Assembly: GCF_009914755.1 (NCBI RefSeq)
Contig: NC_060927.1
From: the human T2T-CHM13v2.0 reference genome, Homo sapiens
DNA: 64,000 nt
Strand: one strand, 5' to 3'
Both the position numbers and the translations under genes were made by a program. This document shows positions 54,491-64,000 of the stretch, one piece after another (the first letter of the stretch is position 1; each line of letters opens with the position of its first letter). Below the pieces are notes generated by a model. That model had not been told where the DNA came from. It saw only the letters and a list, made by a program, of their open reading frames with translations, and did not search any database.

Positions 54491-56870
54491 TTTCTTTTCA
54501 TCTCCTTGTCACTGTATCATCCATACATATTACCTTAAGCCATGTTTAATCTCTAAATAAACACAATATCAAGGCTATAATTTCAGCTAACATTATATGA
54601 CTAATCAATATTCAACCAAAAATGCACTAATCCCTTCCCCAGAAGAGTAGGTAAAGTCCTTGGGTGATGTGTGTTCCTCTTCTGATATTCTGTAACTCAA
54701 ATATTATTACATAAAATTAATACTACCTAATCACTGATATAAAGTCAACACATATTATGTTATATAAGGACATAAGAAAGGAAATAAAACAAACATACTT
54801 GCTTAATATATGTATATATATGCAAAAATGTATTTAAAAGAAAATAGAGATAATACTCATGACAATTACTGTCATTGTTTCTGTAAGTGGTCATGTCGTC
54901 ATACCTGATATTTGTAACTATCTTCTTATACTACCCATCTCTATTCCCTTGCCTTCAGCAACAACCTCGGCTGCTTGTGGTTCTTTACCTGGTGGAGTGA
55001 CCCTAACTTTCATTACTGAAGGGTGTGGGCCATTTTAGTCCTCCCTGGATTGGGTTGTTACAGTTTTCCATTTACCCAATCACAGGGCTGGGTAATCCTA
55101 AGAAATGCTCTAAGGAATCTTCTGTCTTCCTTATCTCCAGTGTGCAGTAGTAGTCAAATTTCCCATTGGTCATCCTGGATCAATCACTCTAGTCAAAACC
55201 TTAACTCCCTTCTTTGCCAGTTGACTAAGAGGCATGAGTCCAAAGTGGCAAGGTTGCAGTCTTACCTTCCAGTTAAATGGAGTCATTGTGTCTCCTGGTG
55301 GAAGCATTCTTCCCTCTGGAGCTAAGACTACTAGGGAAGCAAAGCATAAAGTCATGGGGACAGGGAGCAAAAATTTGGTAGTGGGTCACTACAGGCAATA
55401 GTGATTCCTGGCCCTATGAATCCTGGCTCCTGAAGAAACTTCACCATCTATTGGATGCTGATTCAGAGTATATACATCCTTTGGGAAATCCTTACTCCAG
55501 CCCTGCAAGGTATTGCCACCAAGCTGAAACTGCAACTGAGTCTTCAAAATCAATTTCACTATTCTATCAAGCCAACTGCTTTAGGATGGTGCATGGTAAG
55601 ACCAGTGAGTTCCATGACCATTGGTTCATTGTCATACACTTTTTGCTGTGATGTGAGCTTTTTGATCAGAAGTAATGGAAAGTGGAATACCATGGTGATT
55701 GATGAGGAATTCTGTAAGTCTATATATGTGAAACCTGCTAAGATCAGTGAATTCCATGACCATTCGCTCATTGTCATACACTTTTTGCTGTGATGTGAGC
55801 TTCTTGGTCAGAAGTAATAGAATGTGGAATAGCACGATGATTGATAAGGCACTGAATAAGCCTACAGGTGTTAGTTTTAGCAAAAGCAATGTGTGTAGGG
55901 AAGGCAAATCCATATCCAGAATTAGTGTTCCAGTAAGACTAAAATGTTACTCCTTCCATGATGGAATCAGTCTAATGTAATCAACCTACCACCAGGTAAC
56001 TGGCTGATCAGCCAGGGGGATGGGACATATTAGGGGCTTGGTGCTGGTATCTGCTGCTAGCAACTTAGGCACTAGTGGTGACCGTTGCCAGGTTCCCCGC
56101 ATTGAGTGGAAGTCCATGTTGCTTAGCCCATTCATAACCTACATCCCTGCCACTGTGCCAATTGTCCATGAATCCATTGGGTGATGACAAATTTGGCTGG
56201 GGAAAGAGGCTAACTGGTATTCGCAGACTGGGTCACCCTTTCCAATTGATAATTAAAATCTCTTTCTGCTGAGGTCATATTTTAGTAAGCATTCAAACAA
56301 GAAAGAAATATTTTCACTTTTTTCTTTTCTTTTTTTTTTTTTTTTTTTGCTCAATCAGGGTGATCCATCTACATACTACTTCTCCAACTTTATTTGTAAC
56401 CAATTTTCCAATCATGTTTATTCCAAGCTTCTCATCATTGGCCACAACCATGCATCTGTATATGATCTCACATCTGGTCATTTCTATCTCATAGTAAAAT
56501 GCACAGCCAGGTACACTGCCTTAAGTTCTGACAACTGGGAAGATTTTCCTTACCACAGTCCTTCAGGGATGTCCCAGAGAAGAGAGGTAGTGCTGCAGCT
56601 TTCCATTTTTGGGTGGTACCTGCATACTATGGAGAACCAGCTATAAACCAGGCCTGGGTCTTCTCGTCCTCTGTCAACTGATCATAGGGAAGTAGCCACA
56701 AGCCCACAGGTGAGGACAGAGTGAGAAATTAGTGTAGCAGGAGTGGGGACCATTGACATTTAGACCTCTTCTTTATATAACTTACTTAAGTCTTCAGCAT
56801 CTGCTTGGATTCGACCAGGTGTATATCACTTTTATTGTATGATGGCATGTTGCTTTGCATGTACAATTTT
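54490..56870 (-). mobile_element. ERV-L (HERVL/ERVL-B4-like) internal pol remnant: RNaseH, integrase, dUTPase
   Basis: Minus translations: WF..GS..YAGTT.KW.AAAL (RNaseH, ~56590-56650); HHGIPLSITSDQ and HHPKAVGLIE (integrase); LPPGDT..PFNWKVRL...HFGL...KKGVKVL..VIDP (dUTPase downstream of integrase, the ERV-L order). Confidence 0.9.
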
Positions 56871-57019
56871 AATCTATAAGTTAACCTGTATGAGCTTTAA
56901 AAGCCAAATAGTAAGGGGGTTAGGTTTGAGAATAGCATGGCCAGCAGGGATTTTTTTAATGAAATTATTTTTACAATATTCTAAACTGCCGAGTGTTCCA
57001 ACAGAATTGTTTTGAAAAT

Positions 57020-57185
57020 GGTTACTCACTAGATACATGACTTTGGAAATCTTGCCTCCTCAATTTTCCCATCAGTGATACGGATTTAATAATAATATTC
57101 ACCTTAGAGGGCTGCCATGCAGTGAAAAGAGCTAAGGCATGTACAATGCTTATAACAGTGCCCAGCAGAATAATCACTCAGTTTG
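57020..57185 (+). mobile_element. MIR
   Basis: ACTAGATACATGACTTTGG...GCCTCCTCAATTTTCCCATC...TAATAATA...CACCTTAGAGGGCTG...AACAGTGCCCAGCA. Confidence 0.75.
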
Positions 57186-58065
57186 AATCTAAAAGTCCTT
57201 CAGTGAAAATGTTGGGGATGATTTTCTTAAGACTTGGAAGAGTTTCAATAAAAACTGGTGCAATCAGAATCTAATATACTGATGATACATATACTTCTTA
57301 AGTTTTTATTTATAGTGATTAAATAATGTAATAACTTGTATTATACTTAAGTAGATTCAAGGTAGCAGCTTGAATCTGAACCCCGTTTGTTACTAAATAC
57401 TGTACCCATCCTTCACCCACCCTGTTTGTTATTAAACAATGGGTCTCATGTAACATTTTCATGTCAATTGTTTTTATCTAAAAAATTGCGTGTAGCCAGT
57501 TCTGTCTTGCATTGAACAGCAAAATGGACTTCTAAAATTGTACTAGTATTTTTTCTAATTAGGATAAAATAAAATAATTTGCTTCTATACCTCTTTAACT
57601 TCATTGAACCATATACAGTCACATCATTTCAGTATTTACTTCAGGATAACAATTCAAACTATACAGCTACACCACCAACTGCAAATTATTCTGGGAAAAT
57701 GGGACTGAGGTTAAGTTGACAGAAGAATATATCATCTTTCTGGAGGATGTCAGTGCGCAGTTATACTGTGGGCAAATTATTGTTATTCTAAACATAGACA
57801 GTTATACAATCATGCAAGGTAAATAGGGACATCAGTGAAGGACATACTGGTTTTATTACTTTCTTGCTGAAATGCTTCTTTTACTCAGTCATATAAATAA
57901 GAATGCGCCATGTGAGTAAAATATATAAAAGATCAAGAACTATTTGTTCTTGATAGTGTACTGGTAAATATACAAAATTACTTTAATTGTAGAAAACTGT
58001 CAAATCTTTACCCACACACCAGGTGTAAAGGGACATTGTTTTTGTTTCTATTTTAGGATTTTTAT

Positions 58066-58425
58066 CCCTTCCTTCCTTCCCTCCCTCCCTCCCTCCCTTC
58101 CTGCCCGCCTGCCTTCCTTCCTGCCTTCCTTCCTTCCTGCCGTCCTGTCCTTCCTTCCTACCGTCTTTCTCCCTTCCCTTCCTTCCCTTCCCTCCCTCCC
58201 TCCCCTCCTTTCCCTCCCTCCCTCCCTCCCTCCCTCCCTCCCTCCCTCCCTCCCTCCCTTCCTTCCTTCCTTCCTTCCTTCCTTCCTTCCTTCCTTCCTT
58301 CCTTCCTTCCTTTCTCCCTTCCCTCCCTTCCCTGACTTCCCTCCTTCCCTTCCTTTCCCTTCCCTTCCCTTCCCTTCCTTCCCTCCCTTTCTTCCTTTCT
58401 CTCTCTCTTTCTCTTTCTTTCTTTC
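58066..58425. repeat. ~360-bp polypyrimidine/polypurine compound microsatellite (CCTT/CCCT/CCCTT)
   Basis: Read directly; it occupies the tail position of the adjacent AluJ. Confidence 0.95.
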
Positions 58426-58707
<282 letters not shown>

Positions 58708-61199
58708 TAGGATTTCTATTAATTAATAAGGTGTGGAAACAAGAAAAGCCTGGAAACAAATAGCAGTGAAATGTAAATGATTTCTCTTGGTAATATTTAA
58801 TATTTAAATTATGTTTGCCTTTGTAATAGCTTTATCCACAATTTTGAAAAAAGTTAAAAAATGTTAAAAATCTTAAAAATAATGCCCTAAAACTTCAATT
58901 CTATTTTTAACATATAAATTTATAAAAAATAGTTAATGCCCACTAAATGTTAACTTTAAATACTCTAGAATATATTAAAAAATGTTAAGAATAAATATTG
59001 CTTCTTTGGTTACCTTACTTAAATATTATAAATATAGGCATGTATTGAGAGTGTAGACTAAAGACAAAGCACAATGCACACTTCATCATTACAGTGATAT
59101 TTAGTTATCCAAATGAGCATAAAATCCTGACATTTCAATAATGCAAACAAATCACTTCCTTTAATATTTTTTGTGTCTTTATATCATCTACTTTTCCCCT
59201 CTGAGTATGGAGGAAACAGACTATAAATCAAGCAAATAACTTTTGCTTGATAGATTATGAAAAAATATTTGATCTTTTGGTCTCATGAAGCTACACAGCC
59301 AAAATGCTTTTACTTTCTGGCATGAGTCCCAGACTCCAAGTGTCATTCAAAAGGAACATTTTGAAGACACAGTGCTTGATATTTTACATCTTCTTGTAAA
59401 TCTCTATTTTTTTCTTTCACTATTGCTTTACTTTTTACAGAGTTTCTTACACGTAGCTGCAGAAGTTATTATCAAATGGGAAAAATTATAAAACTAATTA
59501 AAATATTATTTCTTCAGGATATCTCAGCTGTGAAAATGGCAACATACTGTAAAGATAGAGAGGGAGATAACAAGACAGCAAGCGAGACAGAAAACTACAA
59601 TTAAACATGTAACAAAAATTACTCACCTGAACTGCTAGCTGTTCACAAAGGTTATGCCCAGTCCCTGAACACAAAGACAGTCTACCATACCTGTGAATAT
59701 TGTGAATACTTGATAAACCCACAGCAACAACACCAGAATAAAAACCTTTAATGTTTGCACAAGCTGAACTGCTAAAGAATTTTAACTATGCCAAGAATAA
59801 GACTAGAAAATAGAATATGGATCTCTTTTTTATATGAATTCAAAAACTTCCATTAACTTTTTTTATTTGAAGAATTAAAAATTACAGATAATTTGACTAA
59901 TATCATTTCATGTATTCCTATTTTAAATATCATTTATTTATACTAGAATGTATAATATAATGGGATATTAAAGGAATAGTCTTGTTAACAACTATATTAA
60001 AAGGTTTAAGAACTATATTTCTTCTAAGCATTAAACAAACTTTCTTTGTACCTCATAAAATTAGAAACACAATATAGAATACTTAGTAAGTACAGTGTAA
60101 GCATGCATGTTGATTCTTTAATGCATGATATTTGGTATATTATATTTGAAATAAGCATATAGGGAAAATCTTATATAAAAACTACCTATTTTATTGAATT
60201 ACATAAAATTTACACGCATAAATTTATAAAATATTCAAACGAAACATCTGGAAAGGCTTCTTTGACAAAAACAATTTGTAAGTCTTAAATTATTATGAAC
60301 TTCAAAGTAACACATGCTATTTTACTTTTAATTAAAATATTTTTAAAAATACGGAGTTTTTTGAAATAAAAATATGGGAGACGTAAAATCTAGTCTTAAC
60401 CTTCTGTCTACCTGATGGAGTAGCAAACCGATTTGCTTTCCTAGGTCTCAGTTCTTTATGGGGTGATTCATAAACGGTATGTCTCCTACCTAAATAAGCA
60501 AATTATTTTTGGTATTAGGAATACGACTGTAGTCACATCTTGCCTTTCAGAGTTTAATCTACAAGGCTACTTTTCTTTCTGTAACCATTATTGTCAAGGG
60601 TTATTTGAGGCCTACAGCAATGTTTGAGGCAGATAATTTTTATGATAAACTATGAAGAGGTAGATGAACTAAAATTATATGACCCAGCTGAGACAACGGG
60701 AAGCTATAGAAAAAGAAAAAATCATAGATTGGTGGATAGTATCTTTTGGCGCTTCAAAGATAGGTGAAAAAATATTGATTGCAAGAGAAATTATATTTTG
60801 TGGAGGCAGGAGTCAATCAATACCTCTTAGCAAGAAGAAATTTTGAGTGCTCTTGCCATTCATAGACGTCTGGGAAATCAGAAGCAGGTCACAGAGCAGG
60901 AAGGAAGGAAATACCGCGAACTCTAAACTAAGAGCAGAAGAGTAGGGGATTCTAAGAAATAAGAGGTAGATCACATGCAGTCATAGTAGCAGAGGTAAAT
61001 TATTCAGTCAGTCAGGAATTGCTGGGAGCTGAATTAATGGTCATTGAGACCTTGAGAGCGTGACCAAATTTTAAACCACTGACAAATTATTTGTAATCCT
61101 TGTTTCTGGTTCTTAACCTGCGTACAGTCTGCATCAGTGGAAGTCTAGGCAGAATGCAGAATGCTCACTAGGCTAGGACTTTAAAGAGAAGTTAATAAA

Positions 61200-61432
61200 A
61201 GATTATAAATATATACACAATATGCGTGTTTATAACATGTGTATATAATATATATGTTTATTTCTGAAGAATTAAATATATTATTCATACTATATTTAAA
61301 TATGTATAATATACTTAATATACATATATAATATCCCAGTTTGATTCTTGGGACATAATACATATATGTATCTATAAATTACATATATATAATATAATAT
61401 ACCAACAAGTAAATTTTATTACATATATATAA
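61200..61432. repeat. AT-rich low-complexity tract
   Basis: (TA)-rich runs. Confidence 0.7.
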
Positions 61433-62974
61433 GGTTTTTGTTTAAACTACACTACTGAATTCATTACTAGTGAATACTGTCTTTGACATATTCCATTCCC
61501 CATGTAAGTCTCTTAAGGAAAACAGAGTTCATTGAAATTGACTTCTAAGGTCAAATGTCTTTGGGTCTTGTGTAAGGTCAAGTGTATTAGCTAATGCAAG
61601 TATTAACACCAGACCCAAAGAGCATCTAATAGTGATGAAATAGTTTCAAAGAGTCCAAAAAGTAGGGACAAGAACTAGTGACTCATTCTGCTAAAGATTG
61701 ATGATGTTTGTAAAGCAAAAGGGATTTATTGACTTATTTATTGATTTGATTTATTGGTTTGGAATGATTTTTTTTTCCCAAGAAGCATTCATGAATGTGC
61801 CACAAACGCAATCAAAGAAAATGCAGCGTCTGCATCTTGGTGGAGAGTGAAGCTCAGCAGACAGCTGCAAGTGTAGAGGATTTAACGAAGAAGAATGATT
61901 TTTGCGGCAGAGATACATCACACAGCACAGCACTGTGCTCAGTCAATAATGACGACTAACCAAGATGAGATGAGAATTAGAGTAGCAAACAATGCCTGCA
62001 GAGTGACTACCGTAAGAGAGAATAAAAGGCAGTATGTAATTATAGCTGTTTTTTTTATTTCCCCCCCAACTATGGCATATTATGGCATAAAAATTGGTGA
62101 ATGAAAAGGAAGTCACACAAAACAAACAAAATCCTTAATGCATTTTAGTTTGACTAGATACCCAGATGGCATGCATTTACCCTATAAACGAACAAAATAA
62201 TATAAAATGCGGAAGCCTCAATGATGACTCAGGTAGATTTAACTGCATGAGTTTATACCAGCACAAAGGAGGAACTGATTCTAGATAACTGACTCTAGAA
62301 AAAGAATTCATAAGAAAGACATTGGATAGCTCATAAGATCTCCAGAGATGTAGAGAACCAGCTTTGGAGACCAAACAGCCAAAAGCAATGCTCAAATCAT
62401 GCTGCACATCTAGTCCACCAAAGACATAACTCTGTCTCTGGAAATGAGATGATACCTGTTTATGTCATGGGAACCGCTGAGTCAGAGTCATAGAAACAGT
62501 CTCTCCTAATGCAGCTCTGCTGAGACTGTCCTCTGGGTTTAGCTGCACTCACTGCAGCTACCTATCACCAGAAAGCATGTCGTTGTGTCCCTTCTTCTTC
62601 AGGCAACTAGCAACCGTTTCAAAGTCAATGTGGAATCAGCACAACCTTAGTTAGGTGTTTGTAATTTTTCTGTGAGGGACTGGGAAAGTAAGACTCTGGT
62701 ATACTTGGCTTCTAAACAAGAAACTGGATATACCTAAGTGGTTGGGAATTTTACAAACACAATATGTAGATTAAGATGCTGGGTAGACAAAAAGAATGTT
62801 AAGTGATCTCTGAAGCAAATAAGCAAAAATAACTAATGTACCCTGGACATGACCATTCTTTATGTGAAATAAGTTATAAATGAAGAAGTCCTGTGCTATG
62901 AAAATCACCAACATTCCATGGCTTTTCTTACTATCAAATTTATGTAACTGAGTAGAATTACTATTGCAATCTGG

Positions 62975-62978
<4 letters not shown>

Positions 62979-63008
<30 letters not shown>

Positions 63009-63601
63009 CTTTAAGTTCTAGGGTACATGTGCACAATGTGCAGGTTTGTTACATATGTATACATGTGCCATGTTGGTGTGCTGCACCCATTAACTTGTCA
63101 TTTACATTAGGTATATCTCCTAATGCTATCCCTACATCCTACCCCCTACCCCCACCCAAAAACAGGCCCTGGTGTGTGATGTTCCTCCTCTGTAAACTGG
63201 TTCAACCATTGTGGAAGACAGTGTGGCGATTCCTCAAGGATCTAGAACTAGAAATACCATTTGACCCAGCCATCCCATTACTGGGTATATACCCAAAGGA
63301 TTATAAATCATGCTGCTATAAAGACACATGCACACGTATGTTTATTGTGGCACTATTCACAATAGAAAGCCTTGGAACCAACCCAAATGTCCATCAATGA
63401 TAGACTGGATTAAGAAAATGTGGCACTTACACACCATGGAATACTATGCAGCCATAAAAAAGGATGAGTTCATGTCCTTTGTAGGGACATGGATGAAGCT
63501 GGAAACCATCATTCTCAGCAAACTATCTCAAGGACAAAAAACCAAACACTGCATGTTCTCACTCATAGGTGGGAATTGAACAATGAGAACACTTGGACAC
63601 A
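62979..63601 (-). mobile_element. L1PA5-like LINE with 5' inversion (63190-63601 inverted) and (TTA)n tail
   Basis: Minus-strand 3'UTR at 62979-63190; plus-strand ORF2 end ([12 protein letters not shown]...MFSLIGGN); 13-bp TSD GCAATCTGGATTT at 62966-62978 and 63602-63614. Confidence 0.95.
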
Positions 63602-63887
63602 GCAATCTGGATTTTTAAAAGTAGATTAAACCCATCTTGATGGCCTAGCTATGTGACCTAGTCAACTATCATTTTAAAAATATGTGTTAATTAGAGTATA
63701 ATGACAGTTGTTGGACTACATATTATTACTTGATTTGGTTATTCTGACTAAATCACATTCTGGATAATATAAATGCCACATAAACTAAATTTGTAACTTA
63801 TAATTGCATTTTAAAATTCTCATTCTCTAGTGGCTACATTTTTTTCTGATAGTTCACATCCATCTTATAGCACCGTAATTATTACTA

Positions 63888-64000
63888 TATTTTATTTTAT
63901 TTTTTTATTTTATTTTATTTTTGAGATGGAGTCTTGCTCTGTCGCCCAGCCTGGAGTGCAGTGGTGCGATCTTAACTCACTACAACCTTCACCTCCTGGG
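63888..64000 (-). mobile_element. Alu 3' end, cut by the window edge
   Basis: (TTTTA)n tail then GAGATGGAGTCTTGCTCTGTCGCCCAG. Confidence 0.92.

Noticed and set aside
57620-57835. Possible plus-strand coding exon (TTCAG acceptor to CAAG/GTAAAT)
   Set aside because: All three frames contain stops before the donor, and the splice signals are mediocre.

Overview
Primate (human-like) AT-rich genomic DNA, intergenic or deep intronic. No intact protein-coding gene, rRNA, tRNA or CRISPR is supported. About two-thirds of the window is recognisable transposon: Alu J/S/Y, L1 from L1ME to L1PA4/5 (two with twin-priming inversions), MIR, L2, MaLR LTRs (THE1, MLT1), MER52 and LTR12C solo LTRs, an MLT2/ERV-L fragment with RNaseH-integrase-dUTPase remnants, and the DNA transposons Tigger3, MER2 and MER20B. 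The only clear gene-derived sequence is a full-length processed HMGB1 pseudogene on the minus strand (~31975-34144) carrying the long 3'UTR. The most interesting observations are: (i) a heavily decayed minus-strand env/gag-like retroviral remnant (~23.5-26.3 kb) split by a younger LTR, with a sense-oriented LTR12C promoter just upstream of a strong splice donor; (ii) an 81-bp, 91%-identical non-TE direct repeat 2.64 kb apart; and (iii) several small templated-insertion scars. I see no convincing novel multi-gene system. Subfamily names come from recalled consensus features and need RepeatMasker/Dfam confirmation.
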